From Phoronis australis (taxonomy: Eukaryota > Animalia > Phoronida), in the NCBI GenBank assembly GCA_002633005.1, contig NMRA01000097.1:955734-1019733 (forward strand): 64,000 bases of DNA, read 5' to 3'. A model generated the notes under the pieces. It saw only the letters and a program-made list of their open reading frames with translations. It ran no database searches and was not told where the DNA came from. Below, piece by piece: positions 1 through 13,258 of this stretch. Position numbers and translations under genes: made by a program. Every line of letters starts with the position of its first letter. The first letter of the stretch is position 1.

Positions 1-135
1 AATCTCGAACATCGTAGGATAACCATGATAAAATAACCTACACATCGTGCAGCTAGAAATAGCTTATACTTTTTCAAATGACTTAAATGCACATGTCAAA
101 TCTCCTATTACCGTAGCTACAATATCTTAGTTATC

Positions 136-319
136 AGTGCTCCGTTCCGTAGACATAAGATGTTAGCTTGTACAGCAACCTTACCAACCAATCACTGGCC
201 GCCATTTTGCTGGGTAACCATAGTAAGGTTTCGAGCATACTCGCGAAACATTCGCCTTTCACTCGTTTGATTTAGCGTGATCTCGCTTTTCTCGCGAAAA
301 CTTGGTCTACGGAGCACTA
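136..319. mobile_element. Short TIR element (MITE)
   Basis: agtgctccg(ttcc)gtagac at the left end is inverted against gtctacggagcact at the right end; no clear TSD. Confidence 0.45.
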
Positions 320-1180
320 TAAACAAATTCACAATAAAATTTTAAGGGAGAAAACGATTTTTTTCAAGATACTGTAGATCATGTTCTGGCATAAAAAAAC
401 ATGTTAACTTTCTAAGACAGGCGTGTTTGCTCTTACAAGTTACCGTCATCACTTTACAATCCTTGGTTTGAATTAGTTACGAATAAACCATCTGGAAATT
501 CCCCTTACGGGCATACTTATTGCATGGGCAAATTAATGTGCTCAGTCTGAAACACAAACCACTAGTCAAAAGCATATAATATATTGTTTTTATCTGATTA
601 AGAAAGAAGATAGCACTGATACAAGTCAATTAAGTAGCCTAAATCAAAGTTGTTTTGACAGAAGGCGCTGGTTTATGTTCATGTAATGTCACATTCACTA
701 AAACTGCAGGTCCTTGGTTGTCGTGTAGACACTTTAATTACTGTTCCAATGGCGTGTAATATACTGTCCGTGCACCTACAGAAACTCCAGTAAAGGACCC
801 ACGTCTTCGTTCTGTATTGCCTTCATATGAGAAAACACAAATGTCCGACATAGACTGCGTCTAATGGCGGCTTGGACATTGTGTTTGTTCAGTGGAAGGG
901 GATGCACCAAGATAAGGGTTTTTTGATGAACGTTACTAGGGAAACAGTAACTAACGCATTAAAATGTCTCTCCAAGTCAACCAGGGATATGTAGTTTTAG
1001 TACGATAACATCAAACCCGGTTGCGTTTCCTTTAAATAATGATTACATTATTGCCTCTGGCAATACTATGGTTTCATTAAGTGCGATAGCCTACGAACGA
1101 AACTTACAACATTCAGTATCAGCTTGCCACATGCAATTAGCTTTAAGATTAAAAAAAATGATTGATTGCACACATTTCAG

Positions 1181-1429
1181 TCCTCACATCACCTGGAGAG
1201 ACCTTCAGCATCTTGTCACCTTCACCTCCCAGCCCGAACCCTTCACACAGCAGAGCACCGTCGGTTGGAAAACAAACGGAGCTGGCTTCAAAGTCAACAG
1301 CGCCTTCGGATTTGGCCTTCTTGACGCTGGTTCTCTCGTTGAAAATGCGCTCAAGTGGAAGCGAGTCCCAGAAAAGGTCAACTGCACCGTACCATCGGCG
1401 CGCACTGACGAAGAATCACTGTTTCCGCT
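1181..1429 (+). CDS. PCSK1: Prohormone convertase 1/3-like, internal exon (end of subtilisin catalytic domain); upstream exons lie outside the window
   Basis: Acceptor tttcag|, donor CT|gtaagc. Translates PHITWRDLQHLV...GWKTNGAGFKVNSAFGFGLLDA...WKRVPEKVNC, matching the convertase LTWRDxQH and VNSRFGFGLL motifs. Confidence 0.92.
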
Positions 1430-2551
1430 GTAAGCAATGACACAAGAAATATTTACAAATTCCAAGTGTTTAAACTATCCATTTTGAATCATTTATAGTT
1501 TATAATTTTTCCGCGGGACTCTACACACTCTTAGACTACAGTAAAATGTATCTGATAAGGAGTTCATCAACATAACTTTCCCGAGTTTTGCACCGCGGAT
1601 TTAGTTGGCCACTTCGGACGGAAAGGTACATGTACACACTTGACGGAGATATTTACGTACGCTTATAACGTACGTACGAGATTACATGCTTGCTTGTTTC
1701 TTTACTCACTAGTTACTCTCACTCCGTTCACGAGTGGCGGGAACGACAGCGGTTTTTCAGTGGCTAAACGTTGACATGTTAGCCAAGACGTACTGTCTGC
1801 GTTGGGGGTAATTTTCGCATGCACTTAGTTCGTTTCTTCACCTCCCCCCCCCCCTTCTACTCATTCCTTCAGTCCAGGCTTACTTACTCATTCGCTCCCT
1901 CCTTCGTGTCCTNNNNNNNNNNNNNNNNNNNNNNNCCCCCCCCCTTCCCCTGCCCTTCCTTCTCCACCCCTTCCTATCCTTCACCTCACATACTTATTTA
2001 CTTATTATTTATTTATTTATTGCATATCAACTTATTAGACAGTTACTTACAGTTTCTAATACATTACTTACTCGTCCATTTACATATTCTCTGACTTAAA
2101 TTCTTTCTTACAGTGCTACATTATAATACTTTGAGTTTGAAAATGACGGTATGCTATTTAAACCTCGAATGGTTAACGAGACCTTTTGGCGTCTTGGCTT
2201 GGTTTCATAACACGATCATATAGGCAACATTAGTGTCGCCATCGTTTTCAAATTTTATCTTAGGCTTATTCGGGAAACTACTTGGATGTTTATTAGCAAT
2301 TTGTTAGAGAAACATGCAGTGCCGTCTTTGAAAACCTTTTTTATGTTTTGGTTCATGTTATGACATGGAAATCATTGTTTTGTTTTAATAGGGCGAGTTA
2401 GAGAGTTTACCAAATGACTTTCATTGATAGCTTCAACTAGGAGATTCGCCTCCGCCAACTTGGTTCACTCCAGTTTGAAGATTGAGACCTCAATTTGACC
2501 TCATTGGCATTGCTCAAGTCATCTGCTCACTTTTTTCTTTGTTAATTACAG

Positions 2552-2703
2552 CACTTTTGAGGAAATGGAGGTAATAAACATCAAAACCTCCGGTTGCAAG
2601 AACAAATTCAATGAAATTAACTTCCTCGAGCATGTACAAGTGCGGGTGACCATTGAATGCAAAAGGAGGGGTGATGTAGCCGTGGATCTGATATCTCCGT
2701 CAG
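2552..2703 (+). CDS. PCSK1: PC1/3-like P-domain exon
   Basis: ttacag| ... G|gtagcg; phase 2 in, compatible with the previous exon. Translates TSGCKNKFNEINFLEHVQVRVTIECKRRGDVAVDLISPSG (LEHVQ and RRGD P-domain motifs). Confidence 0.92.
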
Positions 2704-3212
2704 GTAGCGGTTCAATTTTTATTTACTTTAATTTAATTTCATGAATATTGTAAGACGCAATTTTGAATTTTCTAACTTGAATGCCAACCACTCTTAGTCA
2801 TGTTAGAAAACTGTAGACGGGTTATTTCATTATTCGGTTGAAATGGTGAACTTCGTTTTTCTTCCAAAAGCGCACTTCAAAGAAATCAAAACTTGCAAGT
2901 TTTTATGTGTTTCTACCAGTCATTGTTTGGTCGTTCGTAGTACCTCTCGCCCGTTTGATTTTAATTGTCGATGCATGTCATTACGTTTTCAAAATTACAT
3001 CTAAAAGCATTGCCAATATTTATTTTGTCTTAGTCACTGAAAAATTATGTGCAGGCGTTATTTAGTCAGCCGAAAGACTGGACACTGCTGGACACGTAAT
3101 GACAAATGCGATGACTCCCTAATTACGCCTTCAAATAGACCCAGTTCCCCAGTAACTCCGCTAGTGTACTTTGGTCGTCAAGTGGAAATCACGCCCTCTT
3201 TTGTTCATCCAG

Positions 3213-3379
3213 GCACCACAACCACACTTCTCAATGCTCGGTCAAACGACAAGTCAACAGCAGGGTTCAACAAGTGGGTATTTATGTCGGTGCATACTTG
3301 GGGTGAAAATCCCCGCGGACTAGACGGCAAAGAGCTTGGAAAGTGGCAGGTTATCATCAAGAACCAGAGCAGAAACAAG
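3213..3379 (+). CDS. PCSK1: PC1/3-like P-domain exon
   Basis: catccag| ... AAG|gtatgt. Translates GTTTTLLNARSNDKSTAGFNKWVFMSVHTWGENPRG...KWQVIIKN; FMSVHTWGENP is the PC1/3-type signature. Confidence 0.92.
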
Positions 3380-3634
3380 GTATGTTTAGTGCCTGTACCA
3401 TTTGACTTTAAATCTGCGTGCGTTGTATCTGCTGTTTGAAGACAGAGGAAGAAAACCAACTCTTGCTGTCCTTACCACGCACCGCAAAAAGTTACCACGG
3501 ACAAAAACCCTTACAACGGAACCTGAACTCTGAACCACACTTAGATACTCTGACCACAGACAATTTTATAGCACGTGACAAAAAATTTTTACTAGACTAG
3601 TCCACACGTTGGTCACTTGCATCAAAAAGGAAAG

Positions 3635-4195
3635 TGCAGGAGTTCAGCGCTCGGTTGCACGAGACAGATCCAAATAGGGACTCAGCTAAGTTTTCTAAAT
3701 CTACTGCGTATTTGTGAGCTCCTTGAAACACTTTCTTATGCTGTTTTAGTTTAATCACTGAATAAACTTTTTGGCTTTGATGCACAATCAAGAGTGAACT
3801 CCACGTTGAATTATCAGAAAATTATTGGGGAGGGTCTTTTCATGCAAGGCCCCTAATTTAAGGACTTATATTCTCAAGTATTTTGATTGAATTAAGGGTT
3901 CAGTTTTCAGTCATATTATTAAAAATAGCATTAGTCAATGGGGAGCTCGTTATAAAGATAAAAGAATAGAAAATTCACCTGTGAGTAAAGAACGACACAA
4001 ATGCGCAAAAAAATTAGGGAACTTAATTTGGTCTGTTTCATGGAACCGGACACAGACTTCTTGGTAAGTAAGGCTTTTGTGCGTGGTAAGAGATTTTCCG
4101 CCTAGTGGTAAGGGTTAACATCAGTGATAAGGGTTAGTTTCCACCCGCTGGTAGACATAACAGTCCTTTGGTAGGAGAATGTTGAATATTTTCAC
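3635..4195. repeat. Dispersed repeat, diverged copy of the element at 13259-13900
   Basis: Colinear similarity, e.g. gttcagcgctcggttgcacgagacag vs gttcagcgtccggttgcatgaaacag, and gagctcgttataaagataaaa vs gagctcgtaataaagataaaa. Confidence 0.7.
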
Positions 4196-4957
4196 TGGGA
4201 CGTACATGTACAGACATAACTAGCTGGGATATTCATCTATTGGGAAAGAGGACATCTAAGAGGGGCATATTTGTCAGGAGCACCCACGAAATATTCACCC
4301 TTCCTCACAACTGACCTATCGCCAGGATTTTGAGTGACGGCTTAACTGACCAATCAGAACGCAGCATTCTTGACACACCTTCGTTTCCATGCCGACATTT
4401 TACCCGACAAACAACACGTTGCCGTGTAAAACGTATTGTTTGTTTGTCGACTTTTCACAAGGGTCGAAGTTTGTGATAGATAAATTTTGCTCCAGCAACA
4501 CCACCCCGTTGTTTTTATAACGTCCAAAGTGATCTCTTTCATGAACTTAAGAATAAATCGAAAATGTTTCCTTCATAGGACATTCCTTAGGAAAAGTAGT
4601 CGTAAGCTATTTGAATGTGAAATTGCCACGCATTTGAGCATCACGTATAGTACGCACCTTCTATGGGATTACCCTCGGTCCCTTACATCTTGAATGAATA
4701 TAAATTTTAGAGGCTTCAACAATTCAAGTCAAAGTATCAAAATTTATAAAATCAATCCTATAGGCCTTCCTTAATGATGACGTAGCAACGCCGCATCGGG
4801 ACGGCATGTGTAGCACGCGAATGTACTTGTACGAATGTAGCGTTGGTATTATGGAAAATCACATTTAACACGCAGTGTCTAAGTGTCTAGCTAACGTAGT
4901 CATAGAGTCTCTAGTACGCATGTAACATCATTTTACTTCAACTACTGAACTTTTTAG

Positions 4958-5092
4958 TGGGAAAAGATCACCGTAAAGTCAGTTGAACTGATTCTGCATG
5001 GCACTAAAGACCAACCAGCCCATCTAGCAGCCGTTGGTGGCAAAAGAATTTATAACGAAGATTATAACTCCGTCAAAAATGACCGGGCATTG
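4958..5092 (+). CDS. PCSK1: PC1/3-like exon, end of P domain
   Basis: tttttag| ... TTG|gtaagt, phase 0. Translates WEKITVKSVELILHGTKDQPAHLAAVGGKRIYNEDYNSVKNDRAL; LILHGT..QP.H and YNSVKNDR resemble vertebrate PC1/3 YNTVQNDRR. Confidence 0.9.
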
Positions 5093-5399
5093 GTAAGTAT
5101 AATTTCACGATCAATATATATAGATTTGCCAGCCAAGGTGAGAGATGTCGAAGTTGAGGCAGATAATTTAAGATGCCTTGGCAGAGATATTGTATTAGAA
5201 TAGAAATTACCTGAGCTTTTGACGTAAGTCATAGGACAAATGTGACCTTCGGTTTTTCGAACGGGTTATGCAGTTTTGCAAAATATACTGCTCGTACGCA
5301 TGCTTGTATTTCATTTTATGCTCTCACTTATATATGTGAGTGCATATTGCCGTCATCTCTTTCTGGGCTAGGCGAGGTGCTTTACCCCAACCAAGCAGC

Positions 5400-5665
5400 A
5401 AGTCAAACCTTTTCGAGTTAACTCAAAGCGTGTAAATCTTTGTTAGGAAGAACTGTACCTGTAATAAAGCCGCCCTTTGTCCAAGAGATAAGAAAGCGCG
5501 TGACCTCATTTTGGAAATCAGGCACATTTTCATGTCTCTCGTTGATGTCGAGAAGGCGAAGCATTTCACATCACGCATCCATGGATATTTGTCCGATTTA
5601 TCAAACTTTCTCATGTCGGAGTTGAACCCACAGCACAGCAGCAATACCTTATTAGCATTTGAAGG
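5400..5665 (-). pseudogene. Decayed THAP-domain fragment (transposon-derived), in a PCSK1 intron
   Basis: With frameshifts reads CCAVG.NSDMRKFDKSDKYPWMRDVKCFAFSTS; shares DK.DKY.W and FAF.TS with the THAP at 45150-45320. Confidence 0.5.
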
Positions 5666-6119
5666 ACGAATAGAGTAATTCAACCATCTTGTAAAGAATT
5701 AAACAACAGCAAATGACATGTGAAACTCCAATGCCCGGAAAACGAGGCAGCAAACGTGTTTGGCGGATGTTTACGGAATTGTGGGTAAACACAGCGAGTG
5801 TCGCTGTGTAATCCGGTACGGCCGTGTTATTTCCTTCAGCTTAGGGTTTTTGCATTTGAAACACAAAGGTAATGGTAAGGGCGCTACCTACAGGTGATCG
5901 GGGGTGAGTGAGGTTGAAGTATGCAAATCAGGTCTACTACACCATGATGTAATTCTGCGCATGTTCCAAGGTAATATGTTTTAGTATGATTTGCATTAGG
6001 CCACAGGAAATTGTGATGTAAACGTCGTCAAGTGCATGAAATAAAATGTCTGTGGCCGTAAAGGTTTAATCAAATTTACCATCCTGTTCATGGCGAGAAT
6101 TTTACTTCTTTGTTTGCAG

Positions 6120-6191
6120 GCGAGGAAAAAAGCTTTGGACAAGGAGGCCATGGAGAAGAAAGTCGAGGAACTATTTTCTGGTTTTCTGTAA
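6120..6191 (+). CDS. PCSK1: Probable terminal coding exon of the PC1/3-like gene
   Basis: Pyrimidine tract and tttgcag| acceptor, phase 0. Translates ARKKALDKEAMEKKVEELFSGFL*; AATAAA at 6219-6224. Confidence 0.7.
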   Translation, partial: ARKKALDKEAMEKKVEELFSGFL

Positions 6192-9100
6192 AGACGCAGT
6201 CTCTTCAAATCTAAGAAAAATAAATAACAACCTGCTATGGGTTCCGTTGTCATCACATGATGTGAATTGTTTGGTGCTCTATAATCTATTTTTGTAATAA
6301 TGCAAAGTGAGCAAGAGGCCTACCGTTTACATTTCATTTTGCACTTATTTTTGTTTGGTTATAACGTCATTCGTGCTGTCCATGCCCACCTGTTTGCGGA
6401 GCAAAAATTTTAAAAGTCAGTGCAAATTTTGAACCAATACAGAGCGTGCTTCCTCATGAAATGTACATACCATTCCGAGTTTGCGTGACTTAAGAAGCAA
6501 AATGTTTTTGACACGTACAATTGTTGCATGGATGTAGAGGGTTTTTGCATATAACGCCGTAATTAAAATATTTCACTTACAATTAAATGGTGCTAAGTTA
6601 GTCTTATTTTCTGAATTATTAGTTGTCTATTTAAAATGAGTTTTGTGTGCTTATGACCTGTTATTATAAATTATCCACGTCATAGTGGCGTGTGTGATGT
6701 ACTTCGGGCCGGGTTATGCAATACTCAACTGTAACTCAATTGAGCGACAAAAGGGGGCGAACTGATCGCCCTTGATAGTCGTTGAGTCTAGGATCGAAGC
6801 ATCGTGGCAAATTCCCCGCCATGGGAACTGTCGTAGCTCCGGGTGGGAGGCGCAAGGTTGCAAGTCACGCTGTTGATTGCGGGAGATGGAATTGAAATTG
6901 TTGATTACTGTTTCGTTTCGTGAACGAAATTCACCCCTGGTGTCGATCTGGGGAATCGGCAGTTCTAAATGGTGGCCAACTGGTAAACAAAACAAATGGG
7001 ATAGGGGTGTCACCATTATGTTCCAGCCTGTGTTACTAGAATGCCAAGCCCCCTCTCACGAATGCTTCTGGCTACTCCAGTCTTCTATTTATGTCAGATT
7101 TTCGGTTGCGTCTACGTAAGCCACAAACTGGGAGGTAGACATTTTTGTTGACCAAATAGGTGCATTGATAAGCTTGGTATCGGGATATATTCTGCTATTG
7201 TAACGTTAATTTCTTATCTTTTGAGTTTTTGTGAGTTTGCCATCGGCTCTCAGGTGCAAGGTTAGTCAATGTTTTCTGTGATATCTACAATGGGCGTGTA
7301 ATGATATTGGTAAAGATCCAACAATTTCCATTCCATTCATTATTTTTGCGAAATAAACACACTGAGAGAAGTACGACTTTGTGATTTCTTCGGTCCTTTA
7401 ACAGTAACCATGTTGACATTTGGATCCTAACACATTTACAGAGTGCTATTGATTACAGCAATCCAGAGAATAATGTTTGTCAAAGAATTTCATTATACAA
7501 TCTAAATCGTCACTGTAGTGATTGTGCAGCTCCATCTCATAAACTATCACGTGCACAGTGCCATGTTAAATTTCCGATAGAGCTCGCCCTGGCACTGTCT
7601 ACGAGGCATGTCCAATAAGGACACCAATGCATGTTGCAACACGAGTTAGGCACTGAAGAACGCTGTTCTTCACATACGAACACTACATGTACATGTAAAC
7701 TCAATTCATTAACTCACGAGCTCGTCACAAGCGGATTCACAAGCGTTTTTTACGCGTTCAAAAAGCATAGCTCACGAACGCGACAGCCTAAGGATCACAA
7801 ATGAAGTTCTGGCACCTACAAACATGACCCAAGGACTCTTCGAAGCTCACCCAGGGTGGTGTGAACGAGTACTTTCGACGTAATCGAGAAATAATTTGGC
7901 TCAGTAAGATTTTGTTTATTAAGTATACCAGACCCGGATTTGGTCCATTAACAGGTGTAAATTGCCACTTGTTAATCGAATTCTTTAAATTACAAGTAAT
8001 GTTCTATTAACGTTATCTATATACCAAAGTTTGAAGCAAACTTTAAAATTCTTTTCAAAGTCTTGTAAACGAACAAGCGTGACTGACGCTTTAGACGAGT
8101 TCTAACCCTTAGAAAGACCCCTTAAAAACAGAAAATCCAGCTTATGGTACAGTGCCTTGATTGAACAATGGTGCTAGAGAAGCATTAGCAGGTGACATAA
8201 CACGCCTTTAGTAAAAAACAGAAAAATGACATTTTAAAAATTGCAATAATTATTTTACGTACATCTTTTTAATAGGAAAGCAAAAAGTGATAGAAAATTA
8301 CAGCAAAATATCATGAGATGGAATTTAAACTAATCTAAAACCTCTTTGTCGTCAGATTGCACGGCGAAAGCTTGCAATAGTTTTTTATGTTTGTCAATGG
8401 ATGTGTGGCCGTGAGCCGTGCTTCTTGGGTGCATAAACCATGTTTTAATTGATGAGCTAACGACAAATTACGGTACTCTGCAGACACGACATCTACACAC
8501 GGGATTAGGCTTTGGGAACCTGGTAAGTGTGTTATTGACGGGGACAGAAAAATGGGATTGAGGGGCACGGGTAAAAAATGTTTAAGACAGGAATGGTCGT
8601 TCTGGATTTGTAAGTAGCGTTACTAAGCGGCAACTTCCTGTAATTTGGGACTGCGAATTTTTGGTGGATACCTCCATGAACAAGGGATGTTTCTATGTCG
8701 TTCAGGTAAGTCTCGTAGGGTTAATGATTGTAAAACATTGCAAATTTCTTCGAAAACTTTAGATTACCGAAGCCGATACTCGAGAGCCACCATGTTTTAG
8801 GATTAGATGAATTTCAAGTAGAACTGGGTCGCTGCAGCTACGTACGCACACGCGCACGCACGCACACTCACACACACAAATGCACACCACATTTATTCCA
8901 GAAATGGCTAACCAGTCATTCCAAATATCTGCCCCATCAATACGGCGAATTGATTTCATCAGCTACACTGGTGTCGTTTTTTCAAATACATTGTGATGCG
9001 GTTGTCTGCTCGCAAATATCCACTGACATCAAGCCTGTGATCCATAGACGTAAGAACCCGCCAAGGAAGCTTCTGTTATCCCGTGCTTCTCTTGTAATAC

Positions 9101-12100
9101 ATGGCGATATCTCGTGTTGAGTGATCTTGCGTTTACGAGAGGTTCTCACGTCTACGGAACGCACGCCAGGTCTAAAGCGACAGTTCTGTCCTCTGTTTCA
9201 TCCCCACTGGGTGGGCCAGGCTTGATTGCAATTATTTGGACTAGCTGGGATGTGATTATCGTGAATGATATTCAGTAGTTCTTTGAAGTTGTTGTGAGTA
9301 AAATAGTTCGCTCATCCTTCTTATGGTTAATCTGGATCTTTAACTCTCGTCATTTGGAGGTACTTTCTTGTTCATGCCAAAGTTTTTGCTGCGAATACAT
9401 GACGTACTCTTCAGACAAATGAAAACTGGGGAAAATCTGGTTGGTAAAGACATACTTTGGCCTAAATTTCTGGAGTCTAGAGGTCAAATGCGTTTGTACT
9501 GTTGCCGTCGCTCTGGGACGAGGTGGGGAGTCATCAGTTTATTTGTGATGTCACCTGGCGACTGTCAGCCAACAACCGTACCACAGTGTATTTGAAAAAC
9601 GACAGCAGCGCGATTAATACCCCGAATTGACGTGGCACTAGTTTGGAATGGCTGGACAGCTTTTTCAAGAGTGATGGATTTTGACATTTTGTTTTACTCT
9701 ATGATGCGCTAGTTTGTGAGTGAAATCGGTTTTGTATCGTCGTATGCAAACAAATGACTATGAAACAAATACACTTTCATGAATATTTCAATTCCATTCT
9801 CTTTAAGAGTATATAGTGTGAATTAACGAAAATATGCACGTGGGTGTCACCCCCAATACCAAACCTATTGCCATATGTATATGGTGTTGTTTGAGACAAA
9901 ACTCAGTTTCAGGCCATTTTAAACCACGAGTTTTATCATTTTTGTTTGATCACGATGAAGAGTTATCTTCAACTAACCATCGCTGTATTGAACAGATCAG
10001 CAAATGTAGGTTTATAAATCAAAATGGCATGACCTCGTGTATTTGTTTTCGCAAAAGAAGGAAAATTAATATTGCAAAGAAGAAAGGCTATTACAGCTAA
10101 GGACGAGGAGTTGAATGTCGCAAGAACGACAATGGGTTATCAGACAGAACGCGGAGGCGAATATTTCAAAAAAGAAATTGTAAAGATTAAAAACATTGAA
10201 CATATCAGAGTCGACTATTGCAAAAAAATAATCGACTATGGCAAAGAAAGAGAATCGGGTTCAAAAAAGTACGCGGACAAATTATTGCAAGACGAAGAAG
10301 ACGATTTCAATACAAACGGTTGTTGATTACATTTGCGAAAAGGAAGTCGACTCTTGTAAACTAAGGAAACTGGTTCCAAAAAGAACGGTTCTGACTGCAA
10401 AAAGCAAATCACAAAGAAGTGTTACATCTAAGACCAAGGCTCTGATTATAGCCAAAACGGGAAGACGATTACTGCAACGAACATGTTGCTGATTATTGCA
10501 AACTGAAGAGGAGTGTTGCAAAGAACGGGAGGACAATTATGCTTACTGAATATTGCACAGGACAAGAGGTTGACTACTGGACAACGAGAGGAGCGCTCAA
10601 CAAATTATGCTCATTTCTAGAAAAGAAAGATCTTGGAAGATGTCACAAAATCACGCTTGTGAAACGGGGGCCTTTCGCGAGTATGTTCGAGAGCTTAATC
10701 CATGCTAGCAAAATGTCAGCCAATGAAGTGATTGGTCGGTGAGGTTGGAGTGCTGAATTCTGGGATTGAATTCACTGTTCCCATTCCATAAATAACGATT
10801 TTCCCTTGTAAGTAAAACCTAAAGTCTTGCACTCAACGGAATCCTGCTCTGGAATCATTCTTGCAATACACCAGGATGCGATTGTGCAAATAGTGAAAAG
10901 ACAGTAAAGCAAACCGTTCACAAAGTCTGCTAATTCCAAAAACGTTAATTCTGAGACCTGCTCTCTCCAACTATAAAACAAAACCGTCTGTATCAATTTC
11001 AGTAAAGATTTCGTGCTTTTCTTTTTATTTTTTTGTGGAAAAGTTCCGAAAGACCCGTAAGAATGGTTTCAAACGCATAATCTGCCGAGCGATGATTAAA
11101 AAAAAACAAAATTACGCATCATTTTGGCTCCTCTCAGGTAGATTTTCTGCTTTGAAAACCTGAGCAACTAAAAAATATTGCATCACCGACTCGACTTTCT
11201 AAAAACACAAACCAGAATAGGCCTAACACTAAAGTCATTAGACTTTGTAATTGATCATACCAGCAGATATTTATACATAGTGTAGGTCGCGAACCGCAAA
11301 CCTGGATTATCCATTTTTTCTCTCGTTAAGAACGAGATTATTTAACATAGATGAAAAAATACAACGTAAGCAGATATAATCTCAACCATCAGTCCCACAA
11401 TCGTGTCAATTAGTGTGTGATTCCTCCATCTTTGTGTGCAAACTTTGTCATGATCATAATATTGCCCTAAATGCGACTATTTATCTCGACGTCCTAGTTG
11501 AAGTGACGTTAAGGCTATCTCCAGGGAGCTATATAAACGGCTGTTAGTCCATGTGCTAATGGTGGTTGTGCCGATGAACAATTGCACCTCTGAGAAATCG
11601 TGAAATTTAATATGGCAGCAATGCGTTGAAAACTTAGAATGCCGTTCTAAACCTGTTGCAGCATGGAGCGGAAGTGTCGTCTGGGTCTGCCATTTTCCGC
11701 CATATTGTTTCTTACTGTTTCATAGCCTATAAATTAGTAGATTTCTTATATAATACAATGCTATACAGTTTACTCTTCGGTACTTCTTAATGATCAAGCG
11801 CTCCTTTACGTGTTTATCTTGGAATACTTCATTAATGGAGGGACAAAGACTTGTTTTTTCTAGAGATAACAAATAATGGGCATCGGGAAGGGCTTCAACA
11901 GTGGCTGCAATTTATCGTCTAAGCTTGTTCCACCGGGTCAACATACTAAGACATCGGATTGGTTTTCATGGTCCTCATGAAGAACCAATCAGATGTCTTA
12001 TCCGGTGGAACAGCCGAAGAAAATCAAGGTAACCATGAATGTTGTGCGCCCGAGGGAAATACCCAATTCCCAAACTATTAAAATGCATAACGGGAGTGTA

Positions 12101-13258
12101 ATTTAAATATGCGACACATCGACAGAATGACAGTGTATTTTTCAAACGCATATGCAAAATGTAACTTTCATACAATTTTGTAAATAGGTAAAAGCAAATC
12201 GGCACCATGGCTGTATTCGGGTCAACCGGCTAAGATATCTCGATGAGGACTGACGGGCTTTTACGCCAATCAAATGCGTTAGCCGATTGGGCTCGGTGGA
12301 ACCGGCGAATTTAATCAACTGCAGACTATGTATTGAAAGAATTCGATGAAATCACAGTAAAATGTTTCCTAAAAGCCCATTGGTTGAGTATTCGTTGACG
12401 TAAAAATCTTTCATGTCGCTTCAATGTTTTTTGCTACAAATGGTGATACCTTCAACCTGTGCAAGAAAATCTGGCATGTGTCCCATGAGAAGTGACTTAT
12501 AACTTGAGACAGATATTTGGTCTTGTGTTTCCACTTCACAATTCGTGAATAAAGGTTTAACTAAGTAACTGTGCTAAAATCCATCTCTAGACATAATTTA
12601 TTAAAAATTATCTTAAGGTCACTGTCTACCTTCGTTACTTAAGATTTGATTTTTTAAATAACTTTTGAACTCCTAATAGTAGACCCGTAAAACTATATAT
12701 TTTTAAAATCATTGAGTATGACAGAATGTTATTGTGTGCATGAAAACAATGTAATATTATAGACCGGGCGCACGCGCTGCTATAGCTGACAACTTGACGT
12801 CATATCAAGGACCGTAGCGAAGTGGGTGCTTCTGTAGTGCGTATTACCTTGGAAACCCCGTTACACTCACTCACGATGTCGTTTGCTTAGATTTTTGTTT
12901 TGACACGGATCTTAAAACATGAAGTCAGGAAGTAACGTGTCCTTATGTTATTTACTTCGAAGTTGGCCATTTTTACCTGCTGATGTAGACTGAATATGCC
13001 TTTATTAAATGCTGATAGATGATTTAATAAAATGTGCATGGTTTACGAGAGCTCAAAAACATCGTAAAAAACTACCTTAAATGGATTGTGTATTCAGTAG
13101 CTGTTTTATGGGGGCATACAAGGCAGGTTTACTGGACTGCAAGCAGGAATTACATCTCTTTCTTGTTTTCAGCCCCCTACCTCTGTTGCCCTCAGTTTCA
13201 TTCACCACAATCCACCCCAATTCGCTATCCATTTCATATCGCATAAGGCACGGATGCT

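Noticed and set aside
1819-2094. Hydrophobic ORF across the N gap
   Set aside because: Low-complexity C/T-rich intronic sequence next to an assembly gap.
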